Shown piece by piece: positions 1 through 11,830 of a stretch of DNA of 64,000 nt. Positions within the stretch are counted from its first letter, which is position 1. Each line of letters begins with the position of its first letter. The DNA lies in assembly GCA_964016885.1 (NCBI GenBank), contig OZ024741.1, positions 253,642,001 to 253,706,000 of the forward strand, in the 5' to 3' direction. A model generated the notes under the pieces. That model had not been told where the DNA came from. It saw only the letters and a program-made list of their open reading frames with translations, and made no database searches. Origin of the DNA: Eledone cirrhosa. Lineage: Eukaryota. The position numbers and the translations under genes were made by a program.

Positions 1-560
1 TTTTCCTCCACTTCTGCTTCACCACTTTGTCCTGTCTTCCTTTTCCTCTCCACATTGTTCTTCCTCTTTCTCCCTTTTCCTTCAGTTTTTTACCTACTTC
101 TCTGACATTTAAATGTTTTCTATCTTTTTAGCTCTCTATTTCTTTCCACCATTTTTTCTTCTCAATATAGTTTCTTCCTTTTGTTACCACATTTCTATGT
201 TTCAATATTTTTAAAATAATACATAATTTGCAGGAATTTAATAAAATAATTTTTTTTCACTTGTAAGCTGATGTTTAGAACATTAGGGAAAAACATTTCT
301 TACATAAAATTATGATGGAAAGCTTTAATGTTAAATAAAAACATTTTAAAATGAGCAATTTTGTATCATAAAATTGATAGTGGTATCAAAAGGGTGAAGA
401 AGCCACGATAACATTCTGTAATTTTCATTCTCAATTCTCCTCCAACAAAACACTTCATTCTACCTACACATTCATGAAGTTAGTATACATTTTTTTCCCA
501 GTTTATGCTGCAGTAAAAAAACATTTCTGTATCAAGGAATTTCAATAAATAAAATATATT

Positions 561-2981
561 TTAGTTAAAGGCTAAACTTACCAGCAATGTTGATGGTGAT
601 TTCCTCTCTGTTGAAGGTATTATCCAGTCATTCTGGGACTCATATTGTGGATAAAACTCGTTGTTGGATTCCATCAGCAGAATATTCCTATTGCGCATGT
701 CTACTGAATGTCTAGGTGCTGGAATGGCTTTTTTGGTTTGTGTAGTATAGTGACTTTTCTCTCGATTACAAGGAATAGCTGTACTAACTCCAGGTCTTGC
801 TTGATTTATCTGACCATTGTTACATCTCACAATGCACAATGTAACAGAAACCACAACAACAATAGATACTATCACAGCTGCTACTACAATGATAATTAAC
901 ATTGTTGCATCTACTGTGTTGTCTGATGGTAGATGAGCAGAATTTAGTATTGTAGATGTTTTATTACTAACAGTTAATGTCAAAGAAAGGGTGGTTGTTG
1001 AGGACAGTATTGGAGTGCCATTGTCTTTCACAGCCAACAACAGTTTATAAGACCCAGCATCATTTTGATAGACTGTCCGGGAGAATGACATCACTCCAGT
1101 ATATGGGTTCACTTTAAATAACTGTTTTGTATTACCATCGAGTATTTCATATTTCAAGAATGCATTTTCCCGACTGTCCCTGTCAGAAGCCCTCAGAACT
1201 GTAATATCGTTCTTACTCTGAGGATAATAGTGGACATCAAGACTGAAGGGGCTAACACTGGGGAATGTAAAGTAAGGGGCATTGTCGTTCTCATCAAGAA
1301 CTTCAACAATAACATTGGCTGTGTTGTTTAGTGAAGGGACACCACTGTCTTTAACAAAAACCTTGAACCTGAATGCCTCCTGTTTTTCTCGATCTAATGG
1401 TCTATTTGTAGAGATAAAACCATAGTTAGCAATCCTAAAAGGTAAATTACTATCAGTATTACTAAACAGGGAATATATCAGAGTTCCTCCTAAGCCAACA
1501 TCTGGGTCAGTTGCATCAATGAAACCGACTGGAAAATTTGCTTTCTCATTTTCATAAGTTAGAAATTTAAATGTTTCTCTTGTAAACTGTGGCTGTACAT
1601 CGTTGACATCCATTACTTCAATGGAGAACTGTCTTTGAGTATGTAAAGGAGGGGATCCTTTATCTTCACAAGAAATTGTAATGTCATACCTATCTTGTTT
1701 CTCTCTGTCAACAGGTTTCTTTAAAGTTATTTTGTATTCATTTGATCCTAAATCTAAAAGAAGGAATTTATCATGGTGTAAGCGACATTCCACCTCACCA
1801 TTCTGTCCAATGTCATTGTCAATAACACTGACATAAGCTATGAAGCTGCCTACTTTGATTCCCTCTGATATTGAGGCAGTATTCTTTCTCAATTCTGAGA
1901 CAAAATTAATATCAATCTCTGGAGGATGGTTTTGCTGGTCAACAACATTAATCAGAACCATTGCAATAGAAGTAAGGGGTGAGCTTCCACCATCTTTAGC
2001 TTCAACAAATAGTTTGTATGTTTGTGTTTGTCTTGAAGTAATGTTTTTCACTACAAAAATGGCACCTGTGTCAGGATTGAGATTGAAATGTTGTGTTGCA
2101 GTACTTGAAGTTTCTGGACTGAAATGGAAGGATATTTTTCCATTTTTACCATAATCAGAATCCTTTGCTGAAAGAATTAAAATAGGTTTATTTCTTTGGT
2201 GTGTGTTCTTTATTGAAATATTGAATGTATTTTGTGTGAAAAGAGGAGAATTATCATTCAAGTCTGTTACTGATACTTGAACATTTAGAAGACCTTGTCT
2301 TGTTGGATTGCCACTATCTCTGGCAACAACTTGAAGTGTGTAACTAGCTTCCCTCTCCCTATCAAGTCTCTCTGTAAGGATTAATCCCAGCTTTGAACTT
2401 CCAGTCATCCTTTTAGTAACTGACAACTTAAATGGAGCATTCATCTTCTTTCGAAGTTCATAAATAATCTTTGAATTCAAATCTCCAACATCTTTATCAA
2501 TAGCATTTGGAATTGACTTTGTTAAGCCCATGGCATCTCCTTCGGAAAATTGTAGTTTTACATTTTTTTTAAGAAATTCTGGAGAATTGTCATTTACATC
2601 TTCAATAACTACTTTGATTTTTAATATTTTCATAAAAGTCTCTGCTCGGCGAACTGATATCTTTATTATCCGGAAACATTCTGTATTAGATGTACAAAGT
2701 AACTCAGCATCAAGCTTCTGGGCAGTGTAGAGCTCTCCAGTTTTAGAAACGGTAAAAAGTTTACCATTTCCTGTCTGTCTCTGTTGCAATTGGTGAAATC
2801 TTACAAGATTATGTTCTTGGCTAGGAATACTTTCTAACAACTTTGAGTCTGCAGCAATATTACCAACATAACTATCAGGGCTCTTCTCTTCCTCAACATG
2901 GTAAATGAGATCAACAGCTCGACATCCTTGGTAGAAGAAAGACAGGGCAAGCCACTGGAGCATACCTTTATACAACTTCAT
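561..2981 (-). CDS. Protocadherin (cephalopod-expanded type): signal peptide, six cadherin repeats, TM helix and start of cytoplasmic tail in one large exon
   Basis: 806-aa ORF with a hydrophobic N-terminus, EC1 start DLIYHVEEE..YVGNIA, cadherin Ca-binding motifs (DVNDNSP, LDRE, DLNDNSP, AKDSD, VDRE, DVNDVQP, ATDPD, DENDNAP, ASDRD) and TM segment LIIIVVAAVIVSIVVVVSVTLCIV. The last 6 residues (VSLAFN) are probably intron read-through. Confidence 0.95.
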   Translation of the reverse strand: MKLYKGMLQWLALSFFYQGCRAVDLIYHVEEEKSPDSYVGNIAADSKLLESIPSQEHNLVRFHQLQQRQTGNGKLFTVSKTGELYTAQKLDAELLCTSNTECFRIIKISVRRAETFMKILKIKVVIEDVNDNSPEFLKKNVKLQFSEGDAMGLTKSIPNAIDKDVGDLNSKIIYELRKKMNAPFKLSVTKRMTGSSKLGLILTERLDREREASYTLQVVARDSGNPTRQGLLNVQVSVTDLNDNSPLFTQNTFNISIKNTHQRNKPILILSAKDSDYGKNGKISFHFSPETSSTATQHFNLNPDTGAIFVVKNITSRQTQTYKLFVEAKDGGSSPLTSIAMVLINVVDQQNHPPEIDINFVSELRKNTASISEGIKVGSFIAYVSVIDNDIGQNGEVECRLHHDKFLLLDLGSNEYKITLKKPVDREKQDRYDITISCEDKGSPPLHTQRQFSIEVMDVNDVQPQFTRETFKFLTYENEKANFPVGFIDATDPDVGLGGTLIYSLFSNTDSNLPFRIANYGFISTNRPLDREKQEAFRFKVFVKDSGVPSLNNTANVIVEVLDENDNAPYFTFPSVSPFSLDVHYYPQSKNDITVLRASDRDSRENAFLKYEILDGNTKQLFKVNPYTGVMSFSRTVYQNDAGSYKLLLAVKDNGTPILSSTTTLSLTLTVSNKTSTILNSAHLPSDNTVDATMLIIIVVAAVIVSIVVVVSVTLCIVRCNNGQINQARPGVSTAIPCNREKSHYTTQTKKAIPAPRHSVDMRNRNILLMESNNEFYPQYESQNDWIIPSTERKSPSTLLVSLAFN
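576..582 (-). other. Probable 5' splice donor ending the protocadherin large exon (phase 0)
   Basis: Minus strand reads CTG|GTAAGT, a perfect donor consensus exactly 800 codons after the ATG, followed by AT-rich intron-like sequence. Confidence 0.8.
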
Positions 2982-3007
2982 GGTTAGTCAAGTAGGAATC
3001 GCACACA

Positions 3008-3026
3008 CCTGCAATGTAGAAGGAAT
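3008..3026 (-). other. Probable 3' splice acceptor 27 nt upstream of the protocadherin ATG
   Basis: Minus strand TTCCTTCTACATTGCAG|GTGTGTG: pyrimidine tract plus CAG|G. Implies an upstream non-coding exon. Confidence 0.7.
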
Positions 3027-3476
3027 TGTTATTGAAACATAGTTTATTAAAACGGTTTGTAATAATCTATTATTGACAACAACAACATAGAAATTTAGAA
3101 GTCTGGAGAACCCCTTCAGCAACAGATGTTAACAGGAACATTCTAGTACAACTGAAAATTGAAACTTGCAGATCACCACTTTTGTCACAATAAGGAGATA
3201 ACAAATTATCTTGCTTTGGGGGAACCATCAAATGGATCCACGAACAAGGGTAGAAGGAAAAATATTACATTGATAGATAGACTAGTGGAAAATACTGCAG
3301 TGAATAGTGTAGGAGGGCTCAGAAAAGTGGTAATGTATAAAGAGCTCCGAAGAGCACATGTAAAGACAGATGGGTGACTTGGCACTTGGCATTGATAGAT
3401 ATATAGATAGATATCTGAAATCAAGGCAATTTTCCACAGTAATTCAAAGATAATACAATAGTCTACAAATGCAAAA

Positions 3477-3618
3477 GAAAGCCAATGCAGTCCCCATGCA
3501 TGTGGCACTGCTGATATGGTATTTGTTGTAAAACAACTGAAGGAGCAGTTCCAAGAACAACACTAAGATCTATCTATATACTTCATTTGTTGATCTAACC
3601 AAGGTATTCAATACAGTA
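3477..3618 (+). mobile_element. Decayed RTE-clade LINE reverse-transcriptase fragment
   Basis: Manual translation gives ESQC....GTADMVFVVKQLKEQFQEQH*DL then, after a frameshift, SFVDLTKVFNTV. This resembles the RTE RT motif ESQCGFR..GT.DMIF..RQLQEK..EQ....FVDL.KAFDTV. Confidence 0.7.
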
Positions 3619-3654
3619 TAGGTGGCAATGCTTTGTAGTATGTGTGATAGATAT

Positions 3655-3750
3655 CTGTGCTCTGAGTTCAAATCACACCGAGGTCAATATTGCCTTTCAT
3701 CCTTTCAAGGTTGATAAGTAAAGTACCAGTTTAATACTAGGGTTGATTAT
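3655..3750 (+). mobile_element. SINE remnant (tRNA-head family, copy 1)
   Basis: B-box-like GAGTTCAAATC followed by a GCCTTTCATCCTTTC..GATAA..AAGTACCAGT core, shared with the copy at 23353-23420. Confidence 0.6.
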
Positions 3751-3850
3751 TTATCTATATCACTTTTTCATTTCCTCTCACTCTCTCCTTCTCTCAAAGA
3801 AATCAGAGAGAGAGAGAGAGAAAATAAGCAAGATAGATATATAGAGAAAA

Positions 3851-3990
3851 AATCAACTCCAGTACTTCATCTTTTATCCTTTCAAGGTTAATAATTAAAG
3901 TTAACCTTGGTGGGATTTGAACACAGAGAGCCAGAAGGAATATGGCAAAGTATTTTATCAAACGTTCTAATAACTCTGCCAATTCATTGC
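3851..3990 (-). mobile_element. SINE remnant (tRNA-head family, copy 2)
   Basis: Minus strand A-box-like TGGCAGAGTTATTAG and B-box-like GTTCAAATCCC; similar to 34153-34260. Confidence 0.55.
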
Positions 3991-4319
3991 CAAGATATGT
4001 GTGTGTGTGTGCATGAGTGTGTTGTGGTGTGTGTTGTGAGTGTTGTGCATGAGTGGGTGATGTATGTTTTGGTGTGTATATGTGTGTGTGTGTGTATGTT
4101 ATGAGTATTGTGCATGAATGTGTGATGTGTGTGTTATGTGTGTGTGATGTGTGCAGTTAGTGCTGATCTAGGTCTAAACAAGTATACTACACTACACTTC
4201 AGACAATTTAATCCTAGGTACACTGTGTTTGAATAACAAAAACAGAATAACCTGGTGTATAAGAGCTGACCCTATACTAAACAATCACAACGATGGTGGT
4301 GGTGGCGCTGGTTTGTTGA

Positions 4320-4378
4320 TGGTGGTAGTAGTAGTAGTGGTGGCGGGGTGGTGGTAATAGTAGTAGCGGTGGGGTGGG

Positions 4379-4425
<47 letters not shown>

Positions 4426-4463
4426 CGGCGGAGTGGTGGTAATAGTAGGAGCGGTGGGGTGGG

Positions 4464-4507
<44 letters not shown>

Positions 4508-4819
4508 CGGCGGGGTGGTGGTAATAGTAGTAGCGGTGGGGTGGGGGTGGGGTGGTAGTAGTAGTAGTAGAGGCGGCGGGGTGGTGGTAATAGTAGTAGC
4601 GGTGGAGTTGGGGTGGTAGTAGTAGTAGTAGTAGTAGTAGTGGCGGCGGGGTGGTGGTAATAGTAGTAGCGGTGGGGTGGGGGTGGTAGTAATAGTAGTA
4701 GTGGCGGCGGGGTGGTGGTAATAGTAGTAGCGGTGGGGTGGGGGTGGTAGTAGTCGTAGTAGTAGTAGTGGCGGCGGGGTGGTGGTAATAGTAGTAGCGG
4801 TGGGGTTGGGGTGGTAGTC

Positions 4820-4850
<31 letters not shown>

Positions 4851-4915
4851 CGGCGGGGTGGTGGTAATAGTAGTAGCGGTGGGGTTGGGGTGGTAGTCGT
4901 AGTAGAGTGGTGGGG
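4320..4915 (+). repeat. G-rich compound minisatellite built on (GTA)n/(GTG)n
   Basis: About 9-10 units of GGCGGCGGGGTGGTGGTAATAGTAGTAGCGGTGGGGTGGGGGTG separated by variable (GTA)n. Confidence 0.9.
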
Positions 4916-5029
4916 GTGGTGCTGCTGCGGGTGATGGCGGAGGCACCGTCGGTAGCAGCAACAGCAACCCCAGTAATAACGGGAAAGGGGTAGCAGTGGC
5001 GGCAGCGGGTGTTGTGAGAGCAGTAGCTG

Positions 5030-5030
5030 C

Positions 5031-5117
<87 letters not shown>

Positions 5118-5126
5118 AGTGGTGGC

Positions 5127-5160
<34 letters not shown>

Positions 5161-5594
5161 ATAGATGTAGTAGTAGTGGTGGTGGTGGTGGTGATAGTGG
5201 TGGTGGTGGTGGTGGTGGTGGTGGTGGTGGTGGTGGTGGTGGCAGTAGTAGTAGTAGTAGTAATAGATGTAGTAGTAGTGGTGGTGGTGGTGGTGATAGT
5301 GGTGGTGGTGGTGGTGGTGGTGGTGGCAGTAGTAGTAGTAGTAGTAATAGATGTAGTAGTAGTGGTGGTGGTGGTGGTGATAGTGGTGGTGGTGGTGGTG
5401 GTGGTGGCAGTAGTAGTAGTAGTAGTAATAGATGTAGTAGTAGTGGTGGTGGTGGTGGTGATAGTGGTGGTGGTGGTGGTGGTGGTGGTGGTGGTGGCAG
5501 TAGTAGTAGTAGTAATAGATGTAGTAGTAGTGGTGGTGATGGTGGTGATAGTGGTGGTGGTGATGGTGGTGATAGTGGTGGTGGTGGTGGCGGC

Positions 5595-5626
<32 letters not shown>

Positions 5627-5690
5627 CAGTAGTAGTAGTAGTAGTAGTAGTAGTAGCAGTAGTAGTAGCAGTAGTAATAGTAGTAGTAGC

Positions 5691-5729
<39 letters not shown>

Positions 5730-5928
5730 GGTGGTGGTAGTGGTGTTGGTGGTGGTGGTGGTGGCAGTAGTAGTAGTAGTAGTAGTAGTAGTAGCAGCAG
5801 CAGCATCAGTAGTAGTAGTGGTGGTGGTGGTAGTGGTGGTAGTGGCAGTAGTAGTAGTAGTAATAGTAGTAGTAGTAGCAGTAGTATAGTAGTAGTAGTG
5901 GTGGTAGTGGCATTAGGAGTAGTAGTAA

Positions 5929-5996
<68 letters not shown>

Positions 5997-6034
5997 CAGT
6001 AGTATAGTAGTAGTAGTGGTGGTAGTGGCATTAG

Positions 6035-6075
<41 letters not shown>

Positions 6076-6105
6076 TAGTAGTAGTAGTGGTGGTAGTGGC
6101 ATTAG

Positions 6106-6152
<47 letters not shown>

Positions 6153-6252
6153 TAGTAGTAGTAGTAGTAGTAGTAGTAGTAGCAGTAGCAGTAGCAGCAG
6201 TAGTAGTAGTAGTAATATAGTAGTAGTAGTAGTAGTAGTAGTAGCAGTAGTA
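5030..6252 (+). repeat. Compound (GTA)n/(GTG)n trinucleotide microsatellite field
   Basis: Seen directly; it is the source of the poly-L/P/V/T ORFs. Confidence 0.95.
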
Positions 6253-6667
6253 ATGCTCTCTGTTCTTTATACTCGCTAGTCATCATGGCTAAAGTGATAA
6301 GACAGAAGACAGCCATAGTGACGTGGTTCAAGAGAGATAATACGTGACGAGGAAAGATGACTGGCGGCTTAATAGCCTCGAGTAATAACTGAAATTAGAA
6401 TTATCTCCCTTACACCCGCTCACCCTATTGCTGTCGACAACTTGGCAATTTTTAACCGTCTTACTACTATAGTTTGTTAATCTGTCAGTATATATTGCTA
6501 GCTACCAAAATATCGATACAGAGAATTACACACATACACAGGCCACACACTTGCAAGCACACACACACATATATATATATACATATATATGTGTATGTTT
6601 GCCAGCATGACTCTGAATTTGCATTACGTTTCGCTTTTTCTACCCGCCGAAATGCGCTTCTCGCTGA

Positions 6668-6711
<44 letters not shown>

Positions 6712-6767
6712 TTTCTGAATTTGTTTAGCAAGATTCTTTATCTGAAATCGTGTGTTGAAACCGATAT

Positions 6768-6843
6768 TGTTGTACTTTGGGAGGGTCATGTTGCCAATAA
6801 GTGGTGCGTGTGTTTCTTATTGGCAACATGACCCTCCCAAAGT

Positions 6844-6849
<6 letters not shown>
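6768..6849. repeat. 82-bp hairpin element with 34-bp perfect inverted arms
   Basis: TGTTGTACTTTGGGAGGGTCATGTTGCCAATAAG, 14-nt loop, then the exact reverse complement. Flanked by ATAT on both sides. One arm recurs at 25762-25790. Confidence 0.85.
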
Positions 6850-6887
<38 letters not shown>

Positions 6888-6949
6888 GTGTGTGTGTGTG
6901 TGTGTGTGCGTATGTATGTATGTATGAAGTAGTAGTAGTAACGGTGGGG

Positions 6950-7008
<59 letters not shown>

Positions 7009-7042
7009 GGTGGTGGTGGTGGTGGTGGTGGTGGTGGTGGTG

Positions 7043-7079
<37 letters not shown>

Positions 7080-7396
7080 ATTTATATATATATATATATA
7101 AATGTGTGTGTGGGTGTATGTATGTATGTATGTATGCATGTATGCATGTATGTATGTATGTATGTATGTTCTTCTGGTTTTATAATTTCACAAAGTTTTA
7201 CCAATAGAGAGAGAATCGGTTTCTAACATAGACACAAGCCTCTCTCACTGGAATTTACACAACATCAACTAGGTAGATATGTATGTATGCATGCATGTGT
7301 AGATATAGATGTGATTGTAGGTATGGATGTGTATGTTTTGAGTTGTATGTGTGCATGTGTATATGCTTTGTATCTGTACATGTGTATATGCAGTTA

Positions 7397-10300
7397 TTAG
7401 ATGCAACATTTTTGGAATGTTTTACATATTTTTACTGTTCCATTAATGGATTGTACTTGTAATTTCCTAACTAGTTGTGTTCTTTCGGTTCCTGTGAAGC
7501 CTAGCTTCTCAATATTTGTATTGAGGGAGTTACTAACATATCCCAGTGCCCCAATAATCACAGGCATAAATCTGAAGGTGTAATCAGGGTGGAGTATCTG
7601 CACATTTCTCATCAGTTCTGCATAAATATTCTCCTTTTCACTAATCTTTGATATTATATTGGCATCTGCTGGGCAGCTAATTTCCACTACTGTGCATGTT
7701 TTCTTCTCCCTGTCCCATATCATAATATCTGGTTTGTTATGCCTGCATTTTATTGGGGTTTTTACTGGAACATTCCACCAGTACTCTTTCATATTATGTA
7801 CATGGATGTCTTCCACATTGTTGTAGCTTTTAATGTGTTTATTATCGGGACTATCTTTTTTACGAACTGCATTGTACAGTGTTTTGGCCACTACATCATG
7901 CCTCATAGGTAGATAGTACCGCGATGACATCTTTGGACAGCTGCTGATGACATGGGTGATATCCTCGATGTTAGTTCTGCAGAGTCTGCACTTGTTATCA
8001 CATCTAGGTGTTTTGCCTGCATCCCTATCTTTTTTGTGAATAAGGTATTTCGTGCTAATCTCCTGTTCCTGGATTGCAAAAGCGTATCCTTCAAAGTGCG
8101 AGCCAATATAGCGGTTGTTGGTCCAAGATAGACTACTTTCCTTATCTATATTACTCTCACTCTGGAGCTTTCTGGCAACATATCCATGCATGATTTTTTG
8201 CTGATAGGCATGCAGTTTTTCATTCATGGATTCACTGCGATACTGCTGAGCGACATCCCTGGGTGTGAGTTTTTGATTATCACACAGGGAATATCTCTCA
8301 AGGAGTTCCTTCCCAACTCTCATGATCTTATCTGTTTCATGCAGATAGACTTGCTCGAGAAACGGGCTCCTACGCTTGTTGTCTAGACTGATGTTGTCTA
8401 GACTGATGTTAGGCCTCTTCCTCCCTGCTTACGTTTCAAGTAAAGGCGGTCTATGTCACTATTGATGTGGAAGTTTACGGTGTTGTTCAGTATTTTTCGA
8501 GTTCCAACATCAACTGTTCGGATTTCGTCTATCGTCCAATTGAGTATTCCAAACTTTGGTGTTAGGACAGGCACAGCAAACACATCGTGAGCCACTGTTT
8601 TGTTTTGCGCAGAGAGTTCTGATGACCAGATCTTTCTTAATCGGGTGTAGTATTCCCTGGTTACGCGTTCTTTATTACAGATACCATTAAAGGATATGTT
8701 CTCATCTATCCCCAGGTAACTGTATCAGTCCTCATCAGATATCGGTGAAACAGTTAGGCCATTGATGACAATGTTGCTAGATTGGGTTGTTGTTTTTCCC
8801 CGCTTTACAGTCATGTATGAGCACTTATCTTGGCCAAACTCCATTCCTATATCCTTTGAGAACGTTGTAACCAGGTCAAGATTTTTCTTCATCCCATCCA
8901 TGTTCTTGGCATAGAGTTTCAGATCGTCCACAAAGAAATTATGGGTTAGGTTCGTATTTCTGTCCTCCTGTGAGCCAATCATGTATCCCTCACATTTCTT
9001 GAGCAGAAAGGACAAGGGGTTTAATGACAAGATGAATAATATCACAGAGAGACTGTCCCCCTGATATATACCCCTGCAATATTTTATTTTATCAGTGAAA
9101 ATAGAGTCCTCCCTCTCTGTCTTTAACCTTAGGATAGTAGCCCAAGAAGAAGACAGCCTCTCTATGGCTCTGACAATAATGTCTGGGACTTTAGCAAGTT
9201 GGAGGGCCTCTATCATCCAAGAGTGGGGAACAGAATCGAAAGCTTTCCTGTAGTCCAGCCAGACTGTAGTCATATTCCTCCTAAGTTGTCGCACCTCCGA
9301 CATCGCAGTTTTGTTGATTAGGAGTTGTTCAGCACATCCCCAAACCCCTTTCTTTCCAGCTGCTTGTTCATCTGTGATGATGTTATTATTTTCACAGTGA
9401 TCCTGGAGGAATAGGTTCAGGCAGGCTGTATACATCTTATACATCAGGTTCTGGCATGCAATGGGTCGGTAGTTTTTTGCCAAGTGGGTGTCTTTGTTCT
9501 TGGGGACCAGTAATGTTTGTGCTAATGTCAACCATTCTGGTATAAGTGTATCTTCCTTAAGAACTTGTTGGTAGAGGTCAGTAAGATACCTCCGATAGAA
9601 TATCAGTTTTTTGTACCAGTAGCCGACAATCATGTCTCTTCCTGGTGTTTTCTTATCTTGGAGTTTTCCTATCACAGTCTCAAGGGTACCCTCACTTATT
9701 TCGTATGCTTTTATTGTCATCATCATCATCATTCTTCGACTACTGTCGAGATGATGGATCCCACTCTCATGCCCCAGAATTCCCTGTCCCCCCATCGCTG
9801 CCCCAGGTCCTGTCTACTGATTCCCGTATCCCTAGAGATCATTATGATCAGAAACAGGACCCGGGAAAGCAGGGGCTGGACCTATATCAACAGGTATACC
9901 ATATAGTGTGGTTCCCTGAGGAACAGGAACCCTGGTGCAGTTAGTTGCGAAATCCATCATCTTTTCAAATAGCTAATAATGTGTGTGGGCGCCACTACTA
10001 CACACATGTGAAAGAATTTGACAGCCAAGTCTTGAAGAAGGTGGTTTCTCCTCCGTGTGGTGGGTTACCCGGCGCCAGATACCAACCTGGCATTTATACC
10101 CTCGCTTTTATTGTAGTGTAGGAGCAATAGTTCTTTCGGATTTCTCTTAGCCACACTGCATCTTGGTTGAAATTCTTCTTTTCACCCCATATTTTTCTCC
10201 AAAAGGAATCTATGTCTTTCTGGGATGGGGCCTCAGTGACACTTATTATTTTGCCCTTCATATCTCTATAGACTGATGTTTAGTTTCGTCTGAATCTTTT

Positions 10301-10851
10301 ATTAAGCATTTTTCTCTCATCTACCTTCTTCAGGTATCGGCGTTTTTCGCTAACAGCTCTCAATTCGTGTTTGAGGGTGATCAGCTTATATTGGAGAGTT
10401 CTACTGTTACCAAACATCGTTCTACTGTTACTAAACATCGTCTCTATTTTATTTTTCACTCTTTGTTGGTGAGGAGTGAGTTTTTTTGTGTTTGTTTGCA
10501 TGTAAGGAGCATTGTCACATATCCTATGTTTTTTCGTAGGTCAGCACTCTTTTTTTCTATTTTAGTTATATATGATGGTATCTTTGGTGGTGTTTTGTTC
10601 TTGTTAATATCTCTACTATCACCAAGATAATGCTTCACTGTCATTGCTAAGGCATATAAACAGGCGTTTATTTGCCAAAATGTTGGGGTTTTTATCCGTC
10701 GTAAATATTCATCCCCTATTTCGTCAATAACACGTAGTATTTCATTATTTGGTTTTTTATTCAACATTGTCGTTTTAACACGTTCAGCAAGAGAGATATT
10801 TATACATGAATTAATTTCTCTCTGGAAGATTTCGTTGAGGGAAATTTTCAA
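7397..10851 (-). mobile_element. Disrupted R4/Dong-clade non-LTR retrotransposon (RT plus restriction-like endonuclease)
   Basis: ORF fragments carry RT motifs (NYRPIAC, DYRKAFDSV, GIYQGDSLS, FVDD), a CCHC knuckle (CRLC..HVISSC), RHD and KPD..E..C RLE motifs. Broken by stops, frameshifts, small tandem duplications (~8381-8410, ~10399-10440) and an insertion. Probably 5' truncated. Confidence 0.85.
9718..10103 (-). mobile_element. Non-autonomous RTE-derived element nested in the R4/Dong LINE
   Basis: 11-bp target-site duplication GCTTTTATTGT at 9707-9717 and 10104-10114. Minus-strand 3' end reads ISRDTGISRQDL..GDREFW followed by a (GAT)n tail. Excising it restores the host frame WLREIRKNYCSYTTIKAYEISEG. 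Confidence 0.8.
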
Positions 10852-10943
10852 TAGTTAATACTTTTGATTATCATTATCGATAGTATTTTCCACAACAGTC
10901 GAGGTAGACCCGGATGGTACACGTGGTGTCACATTTATTCGAT

Positions 10944-11236
10944 TATGTATGTATGTATGTATGTATGTATGTATGTATGTATGTATGTATGTATGTATGT
11001 ATGTATGTATGTATGTATGTATGTATGTATGTATGTATGTGTATGTGTGCGTGTATATCTATGTACACTTATATATACAATTCAGCTAATAAAATATATA
11101 GACGCTCTGTTTTGTGTAGATCTTTCTTTCTCCAGTCTGAAACTACCTACATAGGTAGTATATATATATATATGTATATATATATATCTGTGTATATATG
11201 TATGTGTGTGTGTGTGTATGTATTTATCTATCTATA

Positions 11237-11307
<71 letters not shown>

Positions 11308-11342
11308 ATATATATATATGTATGTATATATATATATGTATG

Positions 11343-11373
<31 letters not shown>

Positions 11374-11410
11374 ATACATGTGTGTTTGTCTGTCTGCCTC
11401 TGTGAGTGTA

Positions 11411-11476
<66 letters not shown>
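10944..11476. repeat. Microsatellite field: (TATG)n, (TC)n, (TA)n, (TG)n
   Basis: Seen directly. Confidence 0.95.
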
Positions 11477-11478
<2 letters not shown>

Positions 11479-11830
11479 CTTAAATAGTCTCGTATAATTC
11501 CATATACTTTTATAATCTTATTGGTAAGCACTAAATCAGTTTAAAACGATTACATAATCACTACCACCACTGCCACTGCTACCACCACTGCAACTGCAAC
11601 CACCACTACAACCACCAACACAACCACCACAACAACCACCACTACAACCACCACTACAACTGCCACAACAACCAGCACTACAACCACCACTACTACTACC
11701 ACTACAACCATCACTACACACCTCCATTACAACCACCACTATAACTACCACTACAACCACCACTACAACTACCACTACAACCATCACTACACACCTCCAT
11801 TACAACCACCACTACAACCACCACTACAAC

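Noticed and set aside
4272-6331. Long poly-L/P/T/V ORFs
   Set aside because: They are translations of (GTA)n/(GTG)n microsatellites with no domain content.
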